Counted from the stretch's first letter, positions 37,296 through 46,639 are shown. The stretch: 64,000 bases of DNA from an uncultured Brevifollis sp. (GCA_964421275.1 CAYQWE010000013.1:24672-88671); one strand, 5' to 3'. The notes: generated from the letters alone by a model not told the origin. Made by a program: numbers and translations.

Positions 37296-38095
37296 TGCTT
37301 GCGGAAGGTTGGAATGCCGCGCTTGGATGGCTTCAGATCATGACCTGGGAAATCATCGCTCTTCTCTTCGCCGCCGGTTTGAGCGCCGGATTCATCGACG
37401 CCATCGCGGGCGGCGGGGGATTGATTTCGGTGCCGGCGCTGCTCGCAGCCGGATTGCCACCGCAGATCGCGCTGGGCACAAACAAGATGCAATCGACGTG
37501 GGGCACGCTGATGGCGGTGCGGAGGTACGCGAAGGCGGGCCTTGTCTCGTGGCCGCAGGTGCGCCTCACGGTGCTGGTGACGTTTGTGTTTGCCTGCCTC
37601 GGCACTTGGACGGTCACGCAGGTGAGCAATGAGGTGCTGAAAAAAGTCGTGCCGTGGATGCTGCTCGGCATCGCGGTCTATGTGCTGCTGAGTCCGGGAC
37701 TGGGAAAAACGGCGGCGAAGGCGCGGCTGGGCCTCATGGCCTTCGCATGGCTGGCTGGCGGACTGCTCGGCTTTTACGATGGCTTCTTCGGCCCCGGCGC
37801 TGGTGCTTTTTGGGCGCTGGCGTGTGTTTCGCTGCTCGGGCTGGAGCTCACGCGTGCCACCGCCTTCACGAAGATGGTGAATTTGACCAGCAACATGGCC
37901 TCGCTGTTCGTGTTCGTCATCACGGCGCGTGTGGACTACCGCATCGCCGCCGTCATGATCGCCGGGCAGCTCATCGGTGGCCGGCTCGGCGCGGGCATGG
38001 CCATCAGGCACGGCGCGGGCTTCATCCGCGTCATTTTCATCACCGTTGTCTTCGCGATGGTGGCAAAGTTGCTGTGGGATCAGTTTGCGCCGTAG
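37295..38095 (+). CDS. TSUP / TauE-SafE family anion exporter
   Basis: The ATG at 37295 overlaps the upstream stop (TGATG). The motifs GFIDAIAGGGGLISVPALL and GFYDGFFGPGAGAFW are present, with multiple TM helices. Confidence 0.82.
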   Translation: MLAEGWNAALGWLQIMTWEIIALLFAAGLSAGFIDAIAGGGGLISVPALLAAGLPPQIALGTNKMQSTWGTLMAVRRYAKAGLVSWPQVRLTVLVTFVFACLGTWTVTQVSNEVLKKVVPWMLLGIAVYVLLSPGLGKTAAKARLGLMAFAWLAGGLLGFYDGFFGPGAGAFWALACVSLLGLELTRATAFTKMVNLTSNMASLFVFVITARVDYRIAAVMIAGQLIGGRLGAGMAIRHGAGFIRVIFITVVFAMVAKLLWDQFAP

Positions 38096-39008
38096 TGGCG
38101 AGCAGCGCGGCCACTTTTTTGAGCGCAGCATCCTCCACGTTGCGCCGCTGCATCTGGCGTTGGTTCCAATGCAGCACGAGGGAACGTCCGAAATCTCGCA
38201 ATGGAGCGAAAGGAAGGCACAAGACACGACGCTCATCGAGTCCACGCATGCCGAGGCTCGGCAGCACGCCGGCGCAAGCGCCCAGATCGACAAGTTGGCG
38301 CACTTGCAGCATCGAGCCGCACTCAAATCGTGGGCGGAAATCCACGCCGGCATCACGCATCGCATTGCGCACGGCGGTGTCGGTCTGTCCGCCATCACGA
38401 CCGGCGGCAAAGGGCAGCGTTTGCCACAGTGTGGGTTTGGCGGCCTCGTGGTCTGCGATCTCCCGTCTCAGCAACTTGCGTGGAATGCAGAGATGAAAGC
38501 GCATCTTCATCACCAGCAGTGTCTTTCCACCCGCAGGAACCGCATCCTGCCGCATGATGGCGAAATCGACGCGTCCGTCGCGCACGGCATCGGCCAGGCT
38601 GCGGCTGCGATGAGACTCCGTCAGCAGCGTGGCGCCGCTGAAAAGCTGGCTGATGGCTGGCAGCGCTGGCACGGCAAGCCACTCCAGCACGCTTGCTCCA
38701 GCACCGATGACGAAGGACCTCGATTGCCCGGCCTGCTCACGATGAAAATCTTCGAGATCCTGCAACTGGCCGCGAATCAGTTCCGCCAGCCGCCTGCCAG
38801 CAGGGGAGAGCGTGAGCGCCTTGCCTTTGCGGCGCGTGAGTTCGGCACCAAAGAACTGTTCCAGTTCGCGGATTTGCCGACTGATCTGGCTTTGTCGGTT
38901 CGGGTTGTCTGGAGCCGCTTTCGCGATGCTGCCCTTCTCCGCCATCTGCATGAAACCGAGCAGCCGGTCGAGCGACAGGCCGCCTTTGTCGAAGAGTTTT
39001 TCAAACAT
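38040..39008 (-). CDS. LysR-family transcriptional regulator
   Basis: The N-terminal wHTH reads LSLDRLLGFMQMAEKGSIAKAA...SQISRQIRELEQFFGAELTRRKGK. It is divergent from the metallophosphoesterase gene. Its 3' end overlaps the TSUP gene by 56 nt. Confidence 0.85.
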   Translation of the reverse strand: MFEKLFDKGGLSLDRLLGFMQMAEKGSIAKAAPDNPNRQSQISRQIRELEQFFGAELTRRKGKALTLSPAGRRLAELIRGQLQDLEDFHREQAGQSRSFVIGAGASVLEWLAVPALPAISQLFSGATLLTESHRSRSLADAVRDGRVDFAIMRQDAVPAGGKTLLVMKMRFHLCIPRKLLRREIADHEAAKPTLWQTLPFAAGRDGGQTDTAVRNAMRDAGVDFRPRFECGSMLQVRQLVDLGACAGVLPSLGMRGLDERRVLCLPFAPLRDFGRSLVLHWNQRQMQRRNVEDAALKKVAALLATTAQTDPTATLPPSRRQR

Positions 39009-39079
39009 GACTGTGGAGTCAGTTATCCTGCATTAGCCGATGTTTTGCAATGATTGGCTTGGCGGACAATGGCGGTGTC

Positions 39080-40015
39080 ATGAAACCTCAACCCTACGAC
39101 CTCATCGGCGACATCCATGGCCAGCACGCCAAGCTGCTGGCGCTCCTGCATCACCTCGGCTACGCGAAGCACGGCGGCACTTTCCGCCACCCTGAAGGCC
39201 GCAAAGTCATCTTCCTCGGTGATTACATCGACCGCGGTCCTGCCGTTCGTGAAGTGTTGCACACCGTGCGCGGCATGGTCGATGCCGGCGACGCCCTCGC
39301 CATCATGGGAAATCATGAGTTTAATGCCGTCTGCTGGCACACGCCGGATCACTATGGTGGCTGGCTTCGCAAGCATACCAGCGAGCGAGACGGCGGGCAC
39401 CGCACGACGATGGCCCAGTTCGCCGGGCTCAATGCCGAGTGGCAGGAATGGATGGCATGGATGAAGCAGTTGCCCATGACTCTCGACCTCGGAGAGCTGC
39501 GCGCCGTGCATGCTTCGTGGGATGAGGCTGCCATCGCCACGATCAGCGGGCGCGGCATCGTTGCCGATGATTTTCTTCACCTCAGCGCCACACACGGCAC
39601 ACCCGAGTTCTGTGCTGCGGAAACCTTGCTGAAAGGCCCCGAGATCGACATGCCACCGGGTCACTTTTTCACTGACAAAGAAGGCATCGCCCGCCGCAAA
39701 GTGCGCGTGAGATGGTGGGATATTCCAGAAGCCGCCCAAGTCAGCCATCTCGCCATGCCGACTCCCTTTGACGTGCCTGGCGATGCCGCGCCGCACGACC
39801 TACGCCGCATCCCCAACTACGCGCCCGACGAGCCGCCGGTTTTCTTCGGTCACTACTGGCTGCCGCCTGAGCGCCAACGCGAGCCGCTGGCCCGCAACAT
39901 CGCCTGCCTCGACTACAGCGGCGCCTTCGCCGACAACCCGCTCACCGCCTACCGCTGGGATGGAGAGCGTGAGCTAAGCGCGGAGAAATTTGCGAGCAAC
40001 CCTTCACCCGCCTGA
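39080..40015 (+). CDS. calcineurin-like metallophosphoesterase (PrpE/ApaH-type)
   Basis: The ATG at 39080 gives MKPQPYDLIGDIHGQ. The motifs GDYIDRGP and MGNHEFN are present. Confidence 0.85.
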   Translation: MKPQPYDLIGDIHGQHAKLLALLHHLGYAKHGGTFRHPEGRKVIFLGDYIDRGPAVREVLHTVRGMVDAGDALAIMGNHEFNAVCWHTPDHYGGWLRKHTSERDGGHRTTMAQFAGLNAEWQEWMAWMKQLPMTLDLGELRAVHASWDEAAIATISGRGIVADDFLHLSATHGTPEFCAAETLLKGPEIDMPPGHFFTDKEGIARRKVRVRWWDIPEAAQVSHLAMPTPFDVPGDAAPHDLRRIPNYAPDEPPVFFGHYWLPPERQREPLARNIACLDYSGAFADNPLTAYRWDGERELSAEKFASNPSPA

Positions 40016-40019
40016 AGTC

Positions 40020-40331
40020 ATGAGCGCCACACAAAAGTTCACTATCTTCATCGACGACAACTTCCACTACATGGATGAAAGCGAGCGCACATTTGGCGGC
40101 GTGTTCGACAGCTACGACGCCGCCTTGCTCCGGGCGAAGGAAATCGTCGAGCGCAGCCTCCAGGAGCTTAACCGGCCCGGGATGAACGCCGAAATACTTT
40201 ACCAGCATTACGTCATGTTTGGTGAGGATCCATGGATCCAGGAGACACCCGATGGCAGGCTTGGTTTTTCCGCCTGGAACTACGCCAAAGATCGCTGCGC
40301 TGAAATTTTCCACTCTTCCCGCCCAAGCTGA
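40020..40331 (+). CDS. hypothetical protein (103 aa)
   Basis: The ATG at 40020 is in frame with ORF 39990..40331 and lies 4 nt after the phosphatase stop. No family recognised. Confidence 0.5.
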   Translation: MSATQKFTIFIDDNFHYMDESERTFGGVFDSYDAALLRAKEIVERSLQELNRPGMNAEILYQHYVMFGEDPWIQETPDGRLGFSAWNYAKDRCAEIFHSSRPS

Positions 40332-40370
40332 AACCGCACCATTTAATTCACCATTACACTCTCAAACGCC

Positions 40371-40703
40371 ATGATCCAAGGACTCCAAGTCACCCTCTCT
40401 GCCACCGAACTCCAGCAGCTTTGCACTCGGCGTGCTGAGCATCATCGCGAGCGGGCGGCCTTTTACAAAAACCAGCATGACACTCTGCGTGAGGCCATTC
40501 GCTCCGCCCACTACACAGGCGCGGATCCCAAGGGCTCCCTGCGGCGTCAGCATGCCGACCATCTCCTGGCCGCGCAGGAGCTGGACTTCATCGCCAGCCA
40601 TCTCGACATGGATGAACGCTACCAGATCGACCGCCAGGACATGCAGCGCCTCGGCATCTGCCAGGAGAACCATCACTACCATGATGACAGCATCCCGTTT
40701 TGA
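40371..40703 (+). CDS. hypothetical protein (110 aa), His-rich C-terminus
   Basis: This is ORF 40371..40703. No family recognised. It looks helical and ends ...CQENHHYHDDSIPF. Confidence 0.5.
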   Translation: MIQGLQVTLSATELQQLCTRRAEHHRERAAFYKNQHDTLREAIRSAHYTGADPKGSLRRQHADHLLAAQELDFIASHLDMDERYQIDRQDMQRLGICQENHHYHDDSIPF

Positions 40704-40765
40704 CCCGGAACGAAAACCACACACCTGCACGGCCAAGGCTGGAATCGCCCGCCTGGATACGTGCG

Positions 40766-40872
40766 AACATCGCCTGCCTCGACTACAGCGGTGCCTTTGG
40801 CGATCATCCGCTCACCGCTGGGAAGGCGAGCGCGAGCTGAGCGCGGAGAAATTCGCCGCCGTCACCTTTTGA
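40766..40872 (+). pseudogene. decayed duplicate of the 3' end of the metallophosphoesterase gene
   Basis: Hand alignment to 39896..40015 gives roughly 85% identity (NIACLDYSGAF..., ...W(D/E)GERELSAEKFA). A 7-nt deletion (CCTACCG missing) breaks the frame, and there is no upstream catalytic part. Confidence 0.75.
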
Positions 40873-40875
40873 ACC

Positions 40876-41481
40876 ATGAATTCGCTACCAACTCACTTTT
40901 CAACAAGCAGCATCCTTCTCGTCCGGCATGGCGAGAGCGAGGCAAACGCCGGTCTTCCCACGGAAACGCCGCACAGCATCCCACTGACGGCCAGAGGGCG
41001 TGAGCAGGCGTTTGCTCTTGCGGAGAAATGGACGGACGCGCCGGGATTGATCGTCGTTTCGCCGTTCATCCGCACGCGACAGACCGCCACGCCGCTGATG
41101 GCGCGTTTTACCGATACGCCGGTGGAGGAGTGGCCGGTGCAGGAGTTCACATATCTCAATCCGCAGTTGTATGTCGGCACCACGGAGACACAGCGTGGGG
41201 AATTCGCCCGCGAATACTGGCTGCGCTGCGACCCGCATTGGAATGACGGCGGCGGGGCGGAGTCCTTCGCGGATTTCATCGGCAGGATTGATGAGCTGGA
41301 GAGACGCTTGAGGGGAAGCACGCGCAACACGGTCATTTTCACCCACGGTTACTTCATCAAGGCGCTGCTCTTGCGTCGCGAGCACCCGGCGCGTCTGGTT
41401 GACGCGGATTTCATGGCCGCGTTTCGCGACGGGAGGAAAAATGACACGCTGCCGAACACGGGCATCATCGCACTGAGATGA
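40876..41481 (+). CDS. histidine phosphatase family protein (phosphoglycerate-mutase-like)
   Basis: LLVRHGESEAN is the RHG catalytic motif. FTHGYFIKALL carries the second His. Confidence 0.85.
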   Translation: MNSLPTHFSTSSILLVRHGESEANAGLPTETPHSIPLTARGREQAFALAEKWTDAPGLIVVSPFIRTRQTATPLMARFTDTPVEEWPVQEFTYLNPQLYVGTTETQRGEFAREYWLRCDPHWNDGGGAESFADFIGRIDELERRLRGSTRNTVIFTHGYFIKALLLRREHPARLVDADFMAAFRDGRKNDTLPNTGIIALR

Positions 41482-41563
41482 GAGGGGCTGTCCGCCTTGG
41501 CACGACATGAAGTGAATCCGGCGGAGAGTGCAGGCCGTATTTGCCTCGTAGTTTCCTCTGTTT

Positions 41564-42748
41564 ATGATCGCCGCCCCCATGCCAACCGTCCAGTCCACCG
41601 CCCAGGGACGCCAGTTCCCGAAGTTCGACCTCTCACGCCTGCTCGGCACCGTGTTCAAGCCCACGTCCGGTCGCAAAATTTGCATTCTCATCGACCTGCC
41701 GGATCTCGCGGAGGCGAAGGACCATGCGTTCTTGAAGAATCCGGCGCGTCCAATTCAGAAACGCGCGCACGATCATTTCTACCTGGGGTTGAGAAACGGC
41801 GTGGCGGGCGAGTTGGCGCTCAAGGGTGGCGAAATGTATGCCTACAAGCAGACGACAGGCAGCAACCTCGATCTGCCCGATGAATGCGTGGACATGGCGG
41901 GCAACAGGCTGAGCCTTGAACGCGACATCTATCCGAACTACGACATCATCCTGTGCATTTCCACGTTCTCGGCGACCGCGCCGCTGACGGCGTTTGCAAA
42001 GCAATATGGCTTCCGTGGTGCCACGCTGCATGGCGTGAATGATGTCATCCTCAATTCTGGCCTCGCCGTCGATTATGAAGTGGTCAGCCGCGATGCCGAA
42101 AAACTGCGTCTTGCTATGACACGCTCGGATTGGGTGGAGATCGACTTCACGGTCGAAAACGGCCCTGACATGACGGTGCGCCTCGAATTGAGCAAACAGG
42201 AGGCGCAGAAAAGCCACGGCCTCTGCCAGGGCGACACGCCGGATGTGGCGAATCTGCCTGCGGGCGAGGTTTATTTCGTGCCGACGGGCGCGGAAGGCAC
42301 GTTTCCACTCAAATACGAAGACGGCACGCTGGGGAAGCTCACGGTGACGGGCGGGCGCATCATCAAGGCCGAATTGATCGAGGGCAAACAAAGCACGATC
42401 GACGAACACAACGCCAAACTGACCGATGATCCGATGACCGGCGTGCTCGGCGAGCTTGGATTCGGCACGCAGGTGCTGCCGGTGTCCGGTGCGGACATCC
42501 AGGATGAAAAAGTGCTCGGCACCTGCCATCTGGCCACCGGTCGCGACGATCATCTCGGCGGTCACATCACGCCCGCGCAGTTCAAGCGGCATCAAAACGC
42601 CACGCACGACGACATCCTCTTTGCGCCGCACAAGACACCGAATTTCGACATCAAGCAGGCCCGCATGCATCGCGATGGCGTGACGACCGTGCTCATCGAG
42701 CACTTCCAGCCGTCGAAGTACTTGCTGGACGCGCTGGCGGCAGAATAG
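41564..42748 (+). CDS. hypothetical protein, distant aminopeptidase M29 (AmpS/PepS)-like by motif pattern
   Basis: ANLPAGEVYFVP, GTCHLATG and NATHDDILF resemble the N(I/L)P.EE, HIA.G and H.D metal-ligand blocks of family M29. This is a weak, recollection-based call. Confidence 0.4.
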   Translation: MIAAPMPTVQSTAQGRQFPKFDLSRLLGTVFKPTSGRKICILIDLPDLAEAKDHAFLKNPARPIQKRAHDHFYLGLRNGVAGELALKGGEMYAYKQTTGSNLDLPDECVDMAGNRLSLERDIYPNYDIILCISTFSATAPLTAFAKQYGFRGATLHGVNDVILNSGLAVDYEVVSRDAEKLRLAMTRSDWVEIDFTVENGPDMTVRLELSKQEAQKSHGLCQGDTPDVANLPAGEVYFVPTGAEGTFPLKYEDGTLGKLTVTGGRIIKAELIEGKQSTIDEHNAKLTDDPMTGVLGELGFGTQVLPVSGADIQDEKVLGTCHLATGRDDHLGGHITPAQFKRHQNATHDDILFAPHKTPNFDIKQARMHRDGVTTVLIEHFQPSKYLLDALAAE

Positions 42749-42760
42749 AAAGTTCGTTTG

Positions 42761-43504
42761 ATGAACATCTACGAAACCCGTCGTCTGCTCGACGAATACT
42801 TGCTGTTTCACTACGGCACGCCTGCCGAGGTGCTGCCGTGGGAGAACGGGCCGCGTGAGGCGCTGGGTTTCCCGGTGCGGACGGTGATGGAGCTGATCGA
42901 CCTGCCACGCACGCCTTGCGAATCTGTCGCCCTGGATCTGGGCTGTGCGGTAGGACGGTCGAGTTTCGAGCTGGCGAACTTCGGTGTGAGCGTGCTCGGC
43001 ATCGATTACTCGCAGAGTTTTGTCGATGCTGCGGCGAAACTGGCCCGTGATGGCCGCATGAGTTACGAACGGGTCGATGAAGGCAGTGCCAAAACGATGC
43101 TGGTGGCGAAGGTGCCGGAGAATCTGAGACGAGATCGCGTGCGTTTTGAACAAGGTGACGCGATGAACCTGCGTGATGACCTCGGTGATTTCGACATTGT
43201 GCATGCGGCCAATTTGCTGTGCCGCTTGAGCGATCCGCTGAAGTTGATCGAGCGTCTGACGAGTTTGGTGCGCCCAGGCGGGCAGCTTTTGCTGACGACG
43301 CCCTGCACTTGGCTGGAGGAGTTCACTCCACGCGGCAACTGGCCGCTGGGCTCGACGCGGGAGTGGCTCACGTCACTGCTGGAGCCGCATTTTGACCTCT
43401 CCAAGACCTGTGACCTGCCGTTTCTGATCCGTGAGCATGCGCGGAAATATCAGTGGAGCATGGCGTTGGGCATGCGTTGGCGGCGGAAAGTGGAAGTGGG
43501 GTGA
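42761..43504 (+). CDS. SAM-dependent methyltransferase, OvoA C-terminal-domain-like (putative 4-mercaptohistidine N1-methyltransferase family)
   Basis: The ATG at 42761 lies one codon after the TTG of the listed ORF. YETRRLLDEYLLFHYG is the N-terminal signature I associate with TIGR04345. SAM motif I reads LDLGCAVGRSSFEL. Confidence 0.6.
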   Translation: MNIYETRRLLDEYLLFHYGTPAEVLPWENGPREALGFPVRTVMELIDLPRTPCESVALDLGCAVGRSSFELANFGVSVLGIDYSQSFVDAAAKLARDGRMSYERVDEGSAKTMLVAKVPENLRRDRVRFEQGDAMNLRDDLGDFDIVHAANLLCRLSDPLKLIERLTSLVRPGGQLLLTTPCTWLEEFTPRGNWPLGSTREWLTSLLEPHFDLSKTCDLPFLIREHARKYQWSMALGMRWRRKVEVG

Positions 43505-43551
43505 TTTTGAGGATTGATTCGCCGTAGCGGTCCCGCCTACGCTGCGGTCGC

Positions 43552-44736
43552 ATGAAAAACGCGTTTCTCATCCTCATTCTCGGCGCAGCCATCGCGCAGG
43601 CGCAAACTCCGAACTTCAAGGCGCAGCAGATCGACGGTGAGATAGGCATCGGCTATGGGTTGGCCGTGGCGGATGTAAATGGGGACCGGCGGACGGATAT
43701 CCTGCTGGCGGACAGTCATGTGATCGTCTGGTATGAGAATCCGACGTGGGAGAAGCACGTCATCGCAGAGAATTTGACGGAGAAGGATCATGTGTGCATC
43801 GCCGCGCGCGACATCGACGGTGATGGCAAGTGCGAGATCGCCGTGGGCGCGGAATGGAATCCGGGGGATACGACAGGCAGCGGTGCGGTGTTTTATCTGC
43901 TCCCTCCTGCGGACCGCACGAAGAAATGGGAGCCGGTGAAGCTGACGCACGAGCCGACGACACACCGCATGAAATGGGTGCGCAACCGTGCGGGCCGCTA
44001 TGACCTCGTCGTGGTGCCGCTGCATGGCCGTGGCAACGACAAGAACGCCGAGGGGGCTGGTGTGCGCGTGCTGGCCTATCACATGCCGGACGATCCGCAC
44101 AAGGAGTGGAACACGACGCTGGTGCAGGCATCAATGCACAAGACGCACAACATTGACATCATTCCTGCACCTGGGGCTGAGGCTGAGAGTCTGTTGCTCT
44201 GTGGCCGTGAGGGCGTGGTGCGCCTGGATCAGACCGACAATGGCTGGAAGGAGCAGTGGATCGCGCAGCACCCGAAGTACCATCCAGAGCTGCAAGGCGC
44301 GGGGGAGGTGCGTTACGGCGCGTTCGCAGGCGGTCAGCCGTATGTGGTGACGATCGAGCCGATGCACGGCGACAAACTGGTCATTTACACGCCGAGACCC
44401 GAGGGACCGAAAAACGGCACTTGGCAGCGCCATGTGATCACGAACGAACTGGTGGATGGTCACGCCATCGCCACGCACGATCTGCTCGGCCTGAACAACC
44501 GACAGGTCGTCGTAGGCTGGCGCGCGCAGCAAAAGATCGGCAAGGTGGCGGTGAAACTGTTCTGGACGACGAAAGAGGATGGCAACGGCTGGCAGAACGC
44601 CTTCATCGACGATGGTGGCATGGCCTGCGAGGATGTGGTTTGTGCGGATTTGGATGGAGATCGCGACTTGGAGATCATCGCGGCAGGCCGTCGTAGCAAG
44701 AATATCAAGATTTACTGGAATCAACGAAACCAGTAG
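43552..44736 (+). CDS. secreted FG-GAP/VCBS-repeat protein
   Basis: A signal peptide is present, with repeated Ca-binding-like loops: DVNGDRRTDIL, DIDGDGKCEIA and DLDGDRDLEIIA. Confidence 0.8.
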   Translation: MKNAFLILILGAAIAQAQTPNFKAQQIDGEIGIGYGLAVADVNGDRRTDILLADSHVIVWYENPTWEKHVIAENLTEKDHVCIAARDIDGDGKCEIAVGAEWNPGDTTGSGAVFYLLPPADRTKKWEPVKLTHEPTTHRMKWVRNRAGRYDLVVVPLHGRGNDKNAEGAGVRVLAYHMPDDPHKEWNTTLVQASMHKTHNIDIIPAPGAEAESLLLCGREGVVRLDQTDNGWKEQWIAQHPKYHPELQGAGEVRYGAFAGGQPYVVTIEPMHGDKLVIYTPRPEGPKNGTWQRHVITNELVDGHAIATHDLLGLNNRQVVVGWRAQQKIGKVAVKLFWTTKEDGNGWQNAFIDDGGMACEDVVCADLDGDRDLEIIAAGRRSKNIKIYWNQRNQ

Positions 44737-44820
44737 AAGTAAAAACTGCGTACTGGCTCTAGTTGATGGGTTGCATGAGCGCGTGCTGTGCTCCTAGAAT
44801 CGCCCCTGATCATTCCCGTC

Positions 44821-45435
44821 ATGAAAACCACACGCTTCTCTCTTGCTGTCGTCGCCACGTTGCTGCTCTGCCAGTGCGAGCTGCCGCAGTTCCCGTATCC
44901 GCTGTTTTCATCGCGCACGGAGATGGTGAGACGTCCGCTGCTAGTGCTACCAGCGTCAGCATCGCAGTCGCCGATGTATGTTTGGCAGGGCGGCAGCCAG
45001 CAGGGGCCGCTGAATGTGAACATCGACCTCAGTGATCAGAAGGCCTACCTTTTTAAGAACGGGCAGAGCATCGGCTGGACGTATGTGGCGACGGGCCGCA
45101 GCGGATACGCCACTCCGACCGGCTCTTTCCGCATCACAGAGAAAATCGCGGACAAGCGCTCAAATCGCTACGGCATGATCGTGGATCGCAATGGTGACGT
45201 GGTGAACAGCAATGCGACCGCCGGAGTCTCGCGCGTCCCTCCGGGAGGTCGTTTTGTTGGTGCGAAGATGCCTTACTGGATGCGCATCACCGGTTACGGA
45301 GTGGGCATGCATGCTGGGGCGATTCCGCATCCTGGCTCGCCTGCCTCGCACGGCTGCATCCGCTTGCCGTATGCGATGGCGCAGACGATTTACCAACACG
45401 CGCCTGTGGGCGCACGGGTGACGATCATGCGGTGA
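44821..45435 (+). CDS. L,D-transpeptidase (YkuD) lipoprotein
   Basis: The ATG at 44821 gives MKTTRFSLAVVATLLLCQC (lipobox). The catalytic block reads GMHAGAIPHPGSPASHGCIRLP. Confidence 0.88.
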   Translation: MKTTRFSLAVVATLLLCQCELPQFPYPLFSSRTEMVRRPLLVLPASASQSPMYVWQGGSQQGPLNVNIDLSDQKAYLFKNGQSIGWTYVATGRSGYATPTGSFRITEKIADKRSNRYGMIVDRNGDVVNSNATAGVSRVPPGGRFVGAKMPYWMRITGYGVGMHAGAIPHPGSPASHGCIRLPYAMAQTIYQHAPVGARVTIMR

Positions 45436-46639
45436 GCGCGGTGGCGAGGATCTCCTCGAAGCGTTGCAGCCACACCTGAGTGTCCGCTTCCTTGAGCAGC
45501 CACTGGCGTCCGTTGTGGCCCATGACCATCCGTTCAGCGGCTGGTGTGGCTTCCATTTGGAGCACGTCGCGCACGATTTCAGCCGTGCTGCCGGGTTCAT
45601 GCTGTAGGCCAGTAGTGCCGTGCTGAACGATCTCGGCAAGCCCGCCAGTCTTCGCGGCGAGTACGGGCTTGGAGAAGTCGTACGCCTCGTAAACCACGAG
45701 TCCCAGCGGCTCCCACCACAACGATGGCACGATCATCGCGCGGCAGCGGCGGATCGCCTCGCGTTTCGTCTCCCCGCCGATCTGGCCGAGGGAGCCGATG
45801 TAGGGATTCGAGCGCGCCCGCTGATGCAATGCCTGCTCAAGTGGTCCTTCACCTGCGATGTGCAGTAAGGGAGTGCGCTGGCCGAGTCTCGCAAAAAGTT
45901 CGTCCCACGCATCTAGCAGAGGCATGATGCCCTTGGTGTCCACCAGGCGGCCGAGAAAGAGATAATAACCGGCGTCCTCGCTCTGTGGCGGTTGGCTCAT
46001 GGCATTCCAGCAATGTCTCAGCGTGTGCGTGCGTGCCGCAGGTAGCGCCCCGGAGCCGACGAGCTTTTCCCGCATGAAATCTGAGACGGCGATCCACGCT
46101 TTCACGCTGTTTGTCCACCGGCTGAGGCGGAGCGCCCTCACCATCATGGCAAACAGCGCGCTTTTCACCACCGAGCCCTGCCACGCGCCGACGAGCACTT
46201 CCTTGTGCAGGCTGCCATAGAGGGCGTCGGGTGTGATCTTGCCGTTCACAAAAAGCGTGCCACCGACGGAGAACGGTCGGTAATTGTGCAGGAATTGCAC
46301 GACCGGTAGCCCGCGCCGCGCCGCCGCGTGGTACAGCGATGGTGAGCCGACGGGATGGATGTTGTGAAACACCGCTGCGCCCGCACCGCTGGACTGCAAG
46401 GCGGCCTCGAACTTCTCACGCGCGTCCTTGTTGTAAAACAACCGCACCGCCTGCCGGAAAGCGGAGGGTGCCTCCGGGCCTGCCCACGCCGCGCTTTCGA
46501 AGCGGCACCATGTCATCTCATACCGCGTGGAGAGATCGGCATGGATCTTGTCCACGATCATCTCCTCTCCGCCGCGAAAGCGGTAGCGATTGAAGACGTG
46601 CAGCAGGGCGCGTGGCGTGGTGGGCGGGGGAGGGGCCAT
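45425..46639 (-). CDS. glycosyltransferase family 4 (GT-B, group 1)
   Basis: Start taken at MAPPPPTTPRALLHVFNRY (46639; alternative start 46696). The C-terminal EX7E-type block reads SLWWEPLGLVVYEAYDFSKPVLAAKTGGLAEIV. The listed ORF extension to 47293 is antisense to the next gene. Confidence 0.82.
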   Translation of the reverse strand: MAPPPPTTPRALLHVFNRYRFRGGEEMIVDKIHADLSTRYEMTWCRFESAAWAGPEAPSAFRQAVRLFYNKDAREKFEAALQSSGAGAAVFHNIHPVGSPSLYHAAARRGLPVVQFLHNYRPFSVGGTLFVNGKITPDALYGSLHKEVLVGAWQGSVVKSALFAMMVRALRLSRWTNSVKAWIAVSDFMREKLVGSGALPAARTHTLRHCWNAMSQPPQSEDAGYYLFLGRLVDTKGIMPLLDAWDELFARLGQRTPLLHIAGEGPLEQALHQRARSNPYIGSLGQIGGETKREAIRRCRAMIVPSLWWEPLGLVVYEAYDFSKPVLAAKTGGLAEIVQHGTTGLQHEPGSTAEIVRDVLQMEATPAAERMVMGHNGRQWLLKEADTQVWLQRFEEILATALTA

